From the human T2T-CHM13v2.0 reference genome, Homo sapiens, in assembly GCF_009914755.1 (NCBI RefSeq), contig NC_060937.1: 64,000 nucleotides of DNA. The stretch is one strand, 5' to 3'. The notes below the pieces were generated by a model. The model was not told the DNA's origin. It did no database searches and was given only the letters and a program-made list of their open reading frames with translations. Shown here piece by piece: positions 1 through 15,293 of the stretch (position 1 is the stretch's first letter; every line of letters starts with the position of its first letter). The position numbers and the translations under genes were made by a program.

Positions 1-394
1 GGCATTCACTAGGATTGTGGGGTAGGAGCCTACCTAAGGGGAATCTTGGTCTTGCCTTTTCTCATTTTCTACCCTAAAGTTATCGTTTCCCATAACAGCA
101 TTTCCTTTTGTTATTGCCACTTTATTTACACTTTTCCCACTATAACTTGCTTAATGAAAATACTTCTTTTGTCACATTTCATTCACTTTATAAGCCACTT
201 TCATAACACGTTGCTACCTATACTTACTCCTTCTCTGCAGGAAGTGGAAATTGGAAAGGAAAATAGAAAGGGCCCCGTTGCTTTCCCTCTCACTAGACTC
301 AGAAGAACTTCTATGTCCAGTAGAAATCATCGTTAGACATGGAGACAATGATAAGCATACCTGAGGACTCACCGTTAGGATGCCTTTCAGGCTA

Positions 395-1580
395 TTGGAG
401 CAAATTCAATTTTGGCTTAAAGAAAAAGAAACTCATTTCCTATTGCAACACCACTTGGGTCCAATACAAATGAGAAGACCAAGACATTTAGCCTAAACAT
501 GGTTCTATGCATTATAATGCTATTTTACAATTAACATTAAAAAGAAGGAAAATGGGACGAGGTCCCTTATGTACAGGCTTTTATGGCCCTTTACTGACTC
601 AATGTTACTTCAAGGCACCAGGAAGCCACGCCTAAGGGATCCCCTCCTAGCTGCTTCTCTTAGAAGGCCTACTCCCTCCCCAGAGCCTCCTCAGTCTCCC
701 AATTTGGAGGGGTTCCTGCCAGTTCTCTAACACAGGACTCCACCCAAGGTCATCAGGCACTCCTCCCTGTTATTCAGCTAGCCCCAGCCTAAACCCTCTG
801 CTGTCGGAAAAAGTAGCCCAACCAGTATCCCTAGAAATGGGGCTCCATATCAGCCCCTGAAGTCAAAGCTGTGTCCATTGTGGGAGGTAGTTGATGGAGA
901 TGGGGGGACACTTAGAATACACATGCCATTTTCTATGTCTGATTTGGCTCTATGCAAGGAAAAATTCTGCCAGTTTTCAGAGAATTCATTAAAGTTTATA
1001 GAAGAGTTTGTTAAATTGACCATGTTCTTTAGCTTGGTATGACTTGCAAGCATTGTTGCCCACTTGCTATGCCATAGAGAAAAAGCAGAGGAAAGTGTGT
1101 GGCTAAGCCTCTCAGTTATGAAAAGGTTAGAGATGTAATTCAGGGTAAAGATGAAAATCTCACTCTTTCTGGGTAGTTTGGTGGAGGAACTCAAGAAATA
1201 TACTAATACAGACTCAGACTGCCTGGAAGGGCAAGCTCTCCTGGGTAGGCATTTTATTATTCAATTTGCTCTGACATTAGGAGGAAGCTACACAAAGTAG
1301 CAGTGAGACCTCAATCCGCTATGAACCAAGCCTTAAACATGGCCTTTAAAATTTATAACAATAGAGACAGGGCAAAAATGGAAAAGACCAAAAGAAATAA
1401 CCAAAAAGAACAATTATTGGTGATGCTGTAAGCACCCTTCAACCTCAGGGTTACCCATCCCCAGAAAGTGTCTCGACATTGGTGTCTGGGATACCTAGAC
1501 AAGAGCCCCAACTTGCTAGCCCCCAGGACAGAATCAGTATGCCTACTATAAGCAAAAGGGTAATCAGCAATAAGAATGTC
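395..1580 (+). pseudogene. gag: Decayed gammaretrovirus-like gag
   Basis: Manual translation gives GKWDEVPYVQAFMAL (MA), CPLWEVVDGDGGTLRIHMPFSMSDL (CA start), VIQGKDEN (MHR), DIRRKL and a degenerate zinc knuckle; multiple stops/frameshifts. Confidence 0.85.
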
Positions 1581-2110
1581 TTAATCATCCCTCCTGAGAT
1601 GAAAAAGCTCCCTGTCCATGTTAGAACTAACCTTCTTCCACTAGCCCCAACAAGCTGCCTTGCTCAAGTAAGCCAGAGCTTTGAAACCCTGCGCTATGGC
1701 TGCTCATCTATCCACTCAGCTCCACCATCTGCCAGGAAAGATGATGGTCCTGAAAAGAACCTTTGGATCAAGTCCCGGACCCTTGATCCAATGGTTAGCT
1801 TCCCACAGTGGCAGACAAGTAGCCACCCAAACATTCTTCTTCCGTGTCTCTGCTGCTGGGTGACCTCTCTAGCAGCTCAGGGACTCTGAGGTCTCCCCTT
1901 TAGCAATGGGCTTTGCCCCTTCCTTTCCTTATTTGATGCTACAAGATCCCCTTCCCTGCCTCTTCCTGTCTTCCATACCTATTGGAGCAAACGATATTTG
2001 GCCAGGTAGACAGGTCCCAATTTTGTAAATAACAGATCCAGCTGTCTTGTATAGGTCACTTCATTTGTGTGATGTGTGTTGTGTCTAGCATGCTATCAAA
2101 TTGGTTCATA

Positions 2111-2442
<332 letters not shown>

Positions 2443-2631
2443 TTATAAATAAAAGAGCACTCATAAATTAAACAAATAGGACTAAATTTGTTAGTTTGAA
2501 GGGAATATTGTGACTTCTAAAATTTAACTTTAAGCTTTTTACTTAGATAAAATACTAATTTTCATAGGCTTTAGAATGGTTAAAATGGCTTTAAATGTTG
2601 AACTTTTTGTGTAGTTTAAAATCTTAAGATT

Positions 2632-2947
<316 letters not shown>

Positions 2948-3443
2948 TTAAAATTATAGAGTGGTTCTCATCTATAGAATGTCAATATCTGATAGTTCAG
3001 GATTCTTTGCTTTCTAAATTTATATATAATGTACCAGGGAAGATATATATTCTTTATTGTGAAAAAGAATAACTTGTTCAATTCAGAAATTATTAAAAGG
3101 GAGGTTCAAAATATAAAGGAATCTGCGAATAAAAAAGAGAGATATGTGGTGAGTTATGGATAGAAGACTTTTTTTTTTGGTGGGGTGGAATATATATATT
3201 TTTAAATGATCTTGTGTAACGAGAAATCTTGTGTGGTAGATTCTTGTACTAGAATAAAGTCACTGGTGTTTGGGAGGGAGGTGACGTAGGATGGGTCAGA
3301 GGGTCCAGACATGTCATGGACGGTCTGTGTGGGCTGTGAGGGGCTCATGAAGGGGAATTTGTGAGGGGAGTTAAGTGTTTGACTAAGCTGGCTATGATTG
3401 ATGGGAAATTGTTTGTGGTAGACTTTCTAGAAAATGATCTATG

Positions 3444-3758
3444 TGCCAAGCGCAGTGGCTGACACCTGTAATGCCAGTACTTTGGGAGGCCAAGGTGGGC
3501 AGATCACCTGAGGTCAGGAGTTCCAGACCAGCCTGGCCAATATGGTGAAACCCCGTATCTACTAAAAACACAAAAATTAGCTGGGCGTGGTGGTGTGAGC
3601 CTGTAATCCCAGCTACTCGGGAGACTGAGGAGGAGAATCGCTTGAACCAGGAAGGCAGAGGTTCGAGCAGTGAGCCAAGATCGTGCCATTGCACTCCAGC
3701 CTGTGTGACAAGAGTAAGACTCTGTCTCAAGAAAAGGAAAAGAAAAAAAAAAAAAAAA
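3444..3758 (+). mobile_element. AluS
   Basis: Full dimer and A tail. Confidence 0.95.
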
Positions 3759-4061
3759 GCCTATGTGTTGAAACTGGGTTTTCTTTAGGTGTTCATTTGC
3801 TAAATTACCAGAACTTTTGCTTTTCCATTCTGTGATATATTTCTTTTGAAAGCTTTTCAAATTTGTGTAACTCTCTCCTTCAGCTTTTTCATCAGCTCCT
3901 GTGACTTTTTCTCCTGCAGTTCTGACAGTTGCTGTGATCTGATGCTAAAGTGTTTTCTTAGAGGTCTGCGGGACCAGTGTTTTTCCTGAATACAGCTTAA
4001 TTCTATGCTCGTGGTTTTCCTTGAATATAACTTTATTTTTGGCTTTTAGTTTTTGACTCTC

Positions 4062-4366
<305 letters not shown>

Positions 4367-4679
4367 AGTTTTTGACTCTTATATTGCTTAAAAGGGCTTT
4401 GAGGGCTAATGAATACATGCCCACCTCCACTTCTATCTGGCCTAGAATGTTTAATTGGCTACAAGTCATTGGACTCTAAGTCTGCTGGCCAAAGAGAATC
4501 CCTCCCCCTGCCAAAAAAATGGAAAAAGTAACTCAGGCCATGACAGGAAACAGGGAGTCAGCTGCCTCACTATGCCTTTCCCTTGGAATTTAGGCCAGGT
4601 TCAAAAGGTCTTTAAAAATTTTGAAAATAAAGTATTGGCCTTTCCCACAGAGAAAAATAAATAGCTCCTCGGTTCAATC

Positions 4680-4845
4680 AGAAGACTTAGTGTTACTAAA
4701 AACTTCAAAAAAAGATCCCCTGATCATCAGTTAAAACCAAAATGGAAGGGCCCCTTCAGGTATTGATAAATACTGTCACTGCTGTTAAGCTTCAGAGAGT
4801 CACTAGCTGTGTACACCTGTCCAGGATTAAACCTGTGTCTTATGA
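4680..4845 (+). pseudogene. pol: Integrase C-terminal remnant
   Basis: KPKWKGP..VLINTVTAVKLQRVTSCVHLSRIKP, GPY/F-type motif with a frameshift. Confidence 0.65.
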
Positions 4846-5218
4846 GTTCCCCATGGGCATAAAAGGAGCACACCACAACCTACATTTATGAACCTAGAAA
4901 CTTAAGGCTGTTGTTTTGCAAGCACATAGATAAATAACAGGATGCTGTGGGTGGGGGTAGGAGCATTAATTTTTCTCTTCCTCCTAATTGTAATTTTCTT
5001 GTTTAGCCTCCCTCGTAAACTTTGTATCTTCTAGATTCCACATAAAGATGATGCCAGCACAAGGCTTCCAACTCATCCGGTCTTTGGACCTGGAAAAGAA
5101 AAACATCCTGCCATTGGGCCTCTTAGGTCAGGTATCCAGAGACTTTTACACTGCCAATACTAGGCGGGGTCTATGCCCATAAAATCAGCAAGAAGTAGTT
5201 ACAGAAGATGGACCTTCA

Positions 5219-5558
<340 letters not shown>

Positions 5559-5590
5559 TCAGGAAGTGTATCTAATTTCTAAGGGGGAAG

Positions 5591-6082
5591 TGAGGTAGGA
5601 GACTGATAGGACTTGTTTTCTGGTCACAACCCTGCTGACGAAAATAGGATCTAGTTCAGACAGGATAATGTGAAGAAACTGGCCAAAACCAGCAGATGGC
5701 AACAAAAGTGCTCCCTACCTGCCCTCCTTGCTTATTAGTGTGAGACACTCCCACTAGTGCCATGACAGTTTATAAATACCATGGCAATGACCCAGAAGTT
5801 ACCATCCCTTTCCAAGAAGTTCTAAATAACCCATCTCATTTTGCATTAACCTTTCCTTAATTTGCATATACTTAAAAGTGGGCATAAGTGAGTATAAATA
5901 CAGTTTCCAAGTGCCCATATGTTGCTGACTCTGGGTGCACTGCCTATGAATTCGCCCTGCTCTGCAAGAAGCAGTACCATTCAATGAAAGATTGCTGTCT
6001 AACACCACCAGCTCATCTTTGAATTTTTTCCTGGGTGAGGTCAATAATTCTCCAAGGCTAAGCCCCAGTCTAGGGGCTGTTT
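5591..6082 (+). mobile_element. 3' LTR, MER66-family (ERV1)
   Basis: Starts tgaggtaggaga after the PPT; gccatgacagttt..ccatggcaa block; TATA (tataaata ~5893) and degenerate polyA signal. Confidence 0.75.
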
Positions 6083-6334
6083 GGTGGATCATTGAGCCCA
6101 GCAGTTTGACACCAGCATGGACCACATGGCGAAGCCCCATCTCTACAAAAAAAATACAAAAACTAGCCAAGTGTGGTGGTGCATGCCTGTAGTCCCAGCT
6201 ACTTGGGAGGCTGAGGCAGGAGGATCACCTGACTACAGGAGGGTCGAAGCTGCAGTGAGCCATGATCGTGCCACTGCACTCCAGCCTGGGCGACGGAGTG
6301 AGATGCTGTCTCAAAAAAAAAAAAAAAAAAAAAA
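6083..6334 (+). mobile_element. 5'-truncated AluJ
   Basis: Begins at ggtggatca; right arm and tail intact. Confidence 0.9.
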
Positions 6335-6336
6335 GT

Positions 6337-6627
6337 GGCCGGGCAGGGTGGCTCAAACCTGTAATCCCAGGACTTTGGGAGGCTGAGGCGGGCAGATCAC
6401 CTGAGGTTAGGGTTCAAGACCAGCCTGGCCAACATGACTAAACCCCATCTCTACTAAAAGTACAAAAATTAGCCGGGCGTGGTAACATGTGCCTGTAATC
6501 TCAGCTATTCAGGAGGTTGAGGCAGGAGAATTGCTTGAACCCGGGTGGTGGAGGTTGCAGTGAGCCTATATCGTTTCATTGCACTCCAGCCTGGGCAACA
6601 AGAGCGAGACTCCATCTCAAAAACAAA

Positions 6628-6659
<32 letters not shown>
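6337..6659 (+). mobile_element. AluS
   Basis: Full dimer with long A tail. Confidence 0.95.
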
Positions 6660-6661
<2 letters not shown>

Positions 6662-6871
6662 AAAAGGAAAAAAATGGATAAGGGAATCCTTGTGCTAAAG
6701 GGTGTCAGAGACAATCTGAGAGGTAAATGCTACGCTATGGACTAACAGTAAGGGGAAAAGAAGATGGTAAATTTGCAGAGAAGATCAAGTTTGATCAGTT
6801 TCCTGGCCTGAAGGTAGGACAATGACAAAGGCTCATTTTAGGGGCTTCTGGTATACAAAGGTGTAGGGGCA

Positions 6872-7335
6872 CTACAAAAAAGTCATTCTGACACTTGTTG
6901 AAATGCTATAAGGAAGACTTTATTTAAGACTATTGCAATAGGAGAGAGAGATCAGGCTCAACTCTGAACACAGCTTGGACAAATGGATACTTATAGTCAA
7001 GGAGCAGAGTGACGGGGTTGGTGGGTGAAAAATTACTAGGAGGAGACATCAAGGGTAGAGAGATTCTTGCTAAACTGAACTAGCAGGATTCTCACTGAAG
7101 GAAAGCCAAGGACTTAGACATCAAAGGTGGAGGATGAGGAACTTGCTCAGGTATCAGTGGTGATCAGACCACAAAATGGAGGGAATTCTCCCTAAACTGA
7201 CTTAGCAATATTCTTGTTCATACTGGGCTAGGCAGGCCAAAGACAGGACAGGTGCCAAGGTCTTAGTGGAGTCTAAGTGGAGAAGAAGGCTCAGAGGAGC
7301 ATGAGTCAGGTTTGGTCAAGGAGAGGGTCTTTGTT
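6872..7335 (-). mobile_element. Solo LTR, MER31-like (ERV1)
   Basis: Right end ctcagaggagc..tttggtcaaggagagggtctttgt is the reverse complement of the MER31 5' terminus. Confidence 0.7.
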
Positions 7336-8451
7336 GGAGGGGGAAATTAAATGGTGTGGAGGGGAATTTTAGATGGTTCAACAAGGAGGCAATGTAGTGA
7401 GTGGCAGCATGGGAGAACTGAGGCTGGAGAAGTTCTCAGCCCATGCTGTTGCCCCTGTTTTGCCCCTTCCCTCCCTCTCTCCCACAGGAGCAGTTGACTG
7501 GCTGCCTCTTGCTGTGGTTCCTGTGAAAGGCGGCTTTAGTTTGGATCTTCAGTGGGGTAAGGGGCTCTTGTTCAGAATAGAGGCTTCCAAATATGCATGA
7601 ACGGAAGTAACACAAGCAAAATGCATGGGACACAGTAGGTGTGCAATGCCTATGGGTCCTCTTCTCTTTCTCCCACTGCTCCCTTTTCAGTGATGGGCCC
7701 AGAAAAGCTATAGTTCTATACCCTGTACACATGCTCGTCTCTCACTTTGAGGAAGAACAATTCCCCCAAACACTTTTAAAAAAACAGTAACATCTAGCAA
7801 TAAATTAACAACTGGCAATGAACTGTTTCCTGCAATTTAAATTGTTTCTGAATGCAGTGTCATTAGGTCCTGGCTGTAGGCTCTTAGGGACTGCACACCT
7901 GGAAGGCTGCTGGGCAGAAGTGTCATAACCCATACCCCCAGCTCTTCCTTCTCTCAAGTGTCACAATCGTTTTGAACTATTTGGAATTTCCACCTATTCC
8001 CCCAAATTGGCAGCCTCTCCTGACTTTTATAGCTTTTGAATTTTGTACAAAGTGCATGTGTTAACTATTTAAATTTTTATATTTTCAAAAAACGATGATC
8101 TCTGTTACAGCAGCTAAAGTGGATTTTCCCCACCCCAGTAACTCACCACATTTCCCTATTTTATCTTCTTAGTAGTACTTGCCAGCATATTGTTTTTATA
8201 CTGTGCCCAGTCTCCCTCCACTAAACCATAATCTCCTCCAGCCAATACTCTGACTTGTTCTCTATGAAATCTCTAATATCTAGAGTATTTATTTTCCTTC
8301 CTTTTCTCTTCTCTTCTTTCTTTTTTTTCTGTTAGTATCTTATTTAGATTTGTAGATTGAGATGCCTTCATACAATGTTTTAGAGATTTTTAGTGGTTTT
8401 TTTCCTATAGCCTGAAAGAGTTTACATAACAGAAATTATCTATTCATAAAG

Positions 8452-8664
8452 CAATGCTACTCAAAATGTGTTCTGCAGGCACTAAAGTATAAATCAAACA
8501 TACTATTTAGCTCGAATGTACTATTTAGCTGAGTTTTGTTTTTTGTTTTTTAGCAAAGACTTTGTTGATGAAGGAAGCAATATACTGATTTATGTTCCAG
8601 TGCAAGCTCCTTAACTTTTTGCGGGCTGGTAGCAAACAGTTCTGTAACCAGCTGAGTAGCACTG
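8452..8664 (-). mobile_element. MER5C-like hAT-Charlie MITE
   Basis: Terminal inverted repeats caatgctactca / tgagtagcactg. Confidence 0.65.
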
Positions 8665-9195
8665 CGGTAAAGGGTAACAGAATACAGATACAAAACCACC
8701 AGAGACTGGTGCTTTTTCAACTGTTAGATTTAAATTGCCTTTCTAGTCTCTTCCGTGGGCATTGATCTGTTTAGATTTTCTTCCTTTACTTGGCTCAATT
8801 TTGCTAAGTTATATTTTACTAGAAAGCTATCAATTTCCTCTATTTTCAGATACATTTCTAGAGTTGCACAGAATAGTTTCTTTTAGTTCTCTTTATCTCT
8901 TCCATATCTGTTTTGGATCCTCAGGAGTAAATAGAGGAACATGCAGTAAAAAAAGATTGAGAAAAGATGCAAAAAGATTAGAGTGCAACCAGGAAAGGTC
9001 AGTATTATTCTAGTCACTGGAGATGCAAAAATATGCAAATTCTCGAGGGGCTTCATATTTTATCTCTTTTAATTATCCTGAAATAGTTTTATTATTAATT
9101 GCTTTTTGAAGAAGTAGATATTGCCTATTAAATTATCTACTTAGAGACTGGTCAGAGTTTCATGTTCTTTTTTTGTTACTTGTTTTGTTTCAAAA

Positions 9196-9388
9196 TTTTT
9201 TATTTAATTATTTTTATTTTTATTTTACAGGTGCCCACCACCATGCCCAGCTAATTTTTGTATTTTTAGTAGAGACGGGGTTTCACCATATTGGTCAGAC
9301 TGGTCTCAAACTCCTGACCACCAGGTGATCCACCCGCCTCAGCCTCCCAAAGTGCTGGGATTACAGGCGTGAGCCACTGCACCCAGCC
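9196..9388 (-). mobile_element. Partial AluS
   Basis: Left arm and linker present; most of right arm missing. Confidence 0.85.
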
Positions 9389-9460
9389 TTCATTGTTATA
9401 TGTTCATTATATCACTTATAATGTATTATGTTTATAACATATAATGTTTGTAAGTATTAT

Positions 9461-9825
9461 TGATAGGTTTGGCTGTGTCCTCACCCAAATCTCATCTTGA
9501 ACTGTAGGTCTCATAATTTCCACATGTCATGGGAGGGAGGGGGACTCAGTGGGAGGTAATTGAATCACGGGGGCGGGTTTTCCCATGCTGTTCTAGTGAT
9601 AGTGAATAAGTCTCATAAGATCTGACGGTTTTACAAAGGGCAGTTCTCCTACACATGCTCTCTTGCCTGCCACCATGTAAGACGTGCCTTTGCTTCTCCT
9701 TCACCTTCCACCATGATTGTGAGGCCTCCCCAGCCATGTAGAACGGTGAGATTAAACCTCCTTTCTTTTATAAATTACCCAGTCTGGGGTATTTCTTCAT
9801 AGCAGTGTGAGAACCGACTAATACA
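9461..9825 (+). mobile_element. THE1 (C/D) solo LTR (ERVL-MaLR)
   Basis: tgataggtttggctgtgtcc..gactaataca with perfect 5-bp TSD attat. Confidence 0.92.
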
Positions 9826-9869
9826 ATTATGTTCTTGATGTTCATTCAAGTATAAAAAGTGCATCCCTT

Positions 9870-10150
9870 TGGGTTCTCATCCTATTTCTGCCACTGACTG
9901 CTAAGTGATCCTGGGCAAGTTCCTCAGGCTCTCTGAACCTTATAAGCTGCAAGATTGAGAGGTTGCTCTAGATAACAATAGCTAAAATTTATCAACTGCT
10001 TACTGTGTACTAAATACTGACCTAAGTGCTTTACATGAATAATTTCATTTAATCTCTATGAATTAGGTACTATTATTTCTTTCATTTTACAGATGAGGAA
10101 ACTGAGGCCCAGAAAACTTGCTGATGTTTCCTGAAAAAATAGAATCTAAG
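9870..10150. mobile_element. MIR fragments (both orientations)
   Basis: gtgatcctgggcaagtt and cattttacagatgaggaaactgaggc core motifs. Confidence 0.65.
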
Positions 10151-10712
10151 TCAATGCTCTTGGGAGGTGCAATTCTAGGGATGTGGGAGTGAGGGGTAGG
10201 GGGAGTGAGGCAGGGAAGATGGGAAGCAAATGCAAGGCGATGAGTTTCCACACTGGCTACCACTTTACTGTGAGCCATGAAGCAGCACACCTGGTCTCAT
10301 GGCAGGAATGGCTTCTTGGCCTTAGGGAACACTGGCTGCGTGGAAAAACCACACCTCAGAATGATCCATGGGAGAGGAAAGGGGAGAGGGAGTTTGCTGC
10401 CATCTCTCCCCTGTCTCTTGTCTCTACTGGCCCAAGTTTGTCCCATAGGGAGTCGAGAATGCCTTCCTCCTGGGTGGTGTCATGCAGCCTCTTTAGCAGG
10501 CGCTGGGGAAGTTAGTTCCCAGGCCTTGTGGGTTGGCTGTTCATCTGAGTCTGGAAGTGGTTGGAGGAGCCATAACCCCAGATAGGGAGCAGGTGTGTGG
10601 GCCACACACAGTAGCTGAGGCAAAACAGGCAGCTGAGGAGGCAGATAAGGCTGAGAGAAGTCTGATATTCATGGATGGGTGTGGTGAGTAGTCATTGAAA
10701 TGCAGACAACTG

Positions 10713-11013
10713 GGCTGGACATGGTGGCCCACACCTGTAATCCCAGCACTTTAGGAGGCCGAGGCAAGCGGATCACTTGAGGTCAAGAGTTCGCAACCAG
10801 CCTGGGCAACATGGTGAAACCTCATCTCTACTAAAAATGCAAAAATTAGCCTGGCATGGTGGCGTGCGCCTGTAATCCCACTACTCAGGAGGCTGAGGCA
10901 GGAAAATCACTTGAACCCAGGAGGAGGAGGCTGCAGTGAGCCAAGATCAAGCCACTGCCCTCCAGCCTGGGCAACAGAGCAAGGCTCCATCTCAAAAAAA
11001 AAAAAAAAAAAAA
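10713..11013 (+). mobile_element. AluS
   Basis: Full dimer; TSD tgcagacaactg. Confidence 0.95.
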
Positions 11014-11103
11014 ATTGCAGACAACTGGACTCTAGGGCCAGACCACTAGCAATATGCTGCACATCTCTGAGAGCCCTTAGGTATAGAAAAAATATTATTA
11101 TTA

Positions 11104-11358
11104 TTTTTTGAGACAGGATCTCACCTTGTTGCCCAGGCGGAGTGCAGTGGTACGATCACAGCTCACTGCAGCTTCGACCTCTGGGCTCAAGTGGACTACA
11201 GGCATGTACCAGCATGCCTGGCTGATCTTTTTAATTTTTTGTAGTGATGGAGTCTTGCTATATTTTCCAGGGTGGTCTCGAACTCCTGAGTTCAAGCGAT
11301 CTTCCTGTCTCAGCCTTCCAAAGTGTTGGAATTACAGGTGTGAGTCACTGTGCCTGCC
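11104..11358 (-). mobile_element. AluJ
   Basis: Antisense, small internal deletion. Confidence 0.9.
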
Positions 11359-11727
11359 AGAAGAATGTTTATGGTCAGGTACATACAGGCCCAGTCCTTG
11401 TTTTCTCAGTGTTCAAGTCTTCAATAATAATATCCCCTCTGTTATCTTCCTAGTGAAATCCTATTCCTTTCTCAAATCCTATTTGGATAACAATTTATCT
11501 CCAAGCCTTTAAGACTCAATCACTCCATTCTCTCAATTGTTTTGGCACCTTGTGCATATTTCTCTTCTTGCATACATGATATTTATTGTAGCCTATATTA
11601 GAGCAGGCTGTATGTTTACTAACGGCAGGAACCCTATTGTGTTTTCAGATCCTGTAACCCATGTCTGCCTAGAGAGAGCCTTTGGTATGTGCCTGCAGAG
11701 CTGAATGATAGACAATTTTACATTTGT

Positions 11728-12027
11728 GGCCAGGTGCAGTGGTTTACGCTTATAATCCCAGCGCTTTGGGAGGCTGAGGTGGGCGGATCTCCTGAGGTCA
11801 GGAGTTTGAGACCAACCTGGCCGACATGACAAAACCCCATCTCTACTAAAAATACAAAGATTAGCCGGGTGTTGTTGTGGGAGCCTGTAATCCCAGCTAC
11901 TGGGGAGGCTGAGGTGGGGAGAATCACTTGAACCCAGGAGGTGGAGGTTGCGGTGAGCTGAAATCACGTCACTGCACTCCTGCCTGAGTGACAGAGTGAG
12001 ACTCTGTCTCAAAAAAAAAAAAAAAAA
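11728..12027 (+). mobile_element. AluS
   Basis: Full dimer; TSD ttacatttgt. Confidence 0.95.
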
Positions 12028-12049
12028 TTACATTTGTGTAGGTTTAAAA

Positions 12050-13495
<1,446 letters not shown>

Positions 13496-14844
13496 ATAGT
13501 CAGGAAGGTTCCTTTAATCTTACAAAGCACACTTTGAAAAATTGGACCAATTTAGAGTTCTCTGGCTGCTCAGTCTCAATCTCTTTTGTTTTCCTTTTCC
13601 CAGTGCCTGTTCCTTTGTGCAAGTCCAGACCGGTTTGTCCTCGCATCCCTTCCTTGCCCTTCCTCTGCTCCACGGCCTCCTGCAGGGAGCTGATCCCTGA
13701 CGTCTCCTAGGTTCCCAGGTCAGCTGGCTGCTGGCTGGACTCTGGCCAGGCCAGCGGTGCACCAGTTGGAGGTGGGGGCAGCACTTCCAGATGCAGCTCC
13801 AGGGCCTGCTGGACAGGCCCCCTGTGATTCTGCCTTCTTCTAGGCTGTAGTGACATCACCCCTGTCCTTTGTCCCTCCTGCCTGGAGGTGTCAATGACTT
13901 CTGACTGGGGTCTCCCTGCCCCTCATGGGCTTCTCAACTTCTTCTGTCACATATGTAACCATTTCTCTGAATAAATTCCCTTTGTTTAAAACAGTGCTAC
14001 CTACTTCCCCGGTGGGCCTTGGACAGAACTGTCGGTAGGGAGTTTCATTAGGAAGGGACTCCAGGAATGGCAGTGGTGTCTGAGTAAAAGCAGGATGGAG
14101 GGAGAGTGAGTCCAAGGCAGTATTCTCAAGCCAGTCACTGCTGTGGGCCCTAGGAAGCCACCCCACTGGGGACTCTGAGTCACTGGGGAGAACAGCCCTC
14201 AGCATTGTCTGACAGCCCCAACTGCTCGAGACGTGCCCAAAGGTGAGGAACTCCCTAGTACTTCCAGGTTTTCACACAAATCTGAATGGCTCAATGGGAC
14301 CCCACAGGGATCCCCAGGCCCCGATAGATGCTAGAGATTCGACAGGAGGCTGAGGGGAGGGATGGATGGGGTATCAGCCGAACCCACTGCCACAGCAATA
14401 ACTGAAGTTTAAACAAAATGAAAAAGGATGGGCAGGGGGTGGGAGACAGGCCCAGAGGTGTCTGGGATGCTGAGCTCCCCTCTGCTGGGGCCTTTCTCAT
14501 GGCTCTCTTTTCCTCTCAGTCTTCACTCTTTCTGAGCAATCTCTTACACACCCCGGGGTTTCAACAACTATCTACATGATATGGGAGGATCAGAGTTTGC
14601 TTTGTGCTTTAAAAATAAATCTATTGAAGCCCCTGACTGGCTTTACTTGCAGAAATTCCCTTTGCAGAAAAGAGAGGCTTCCAGACACTTTGCCTAACTA
14701 AATAAGAAAATGGACAGTTTATATAATAATTGAATTACATTAATGAGGTCATTCTCAGCAGGTATGTATGACAAGGCTGGGGAGCAAATGCAACCTTCTA
14801 GAAAAACCACAGTGGTGGTCATTTTAAGTGAAGAAACACATTCT

Positions 14845-15293
<449 letters not shown>

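Noticed and set aside
1479-1889. 136-aa ORF in the ERV
   Set aside because: Non-ATG start in decayed ERV sequence, out of frame with the gag zinc-knuckle remnant; no recognisable domain.
10155-10680. LTR33/LTR41-like old ERVL LTR
   Set aside because: Resemblance too diffuse to assign a family or boundaries by eye.
13760-14480. Old LTR-like fragments
   Set aside because: Plausible but not assignable without a profile search.
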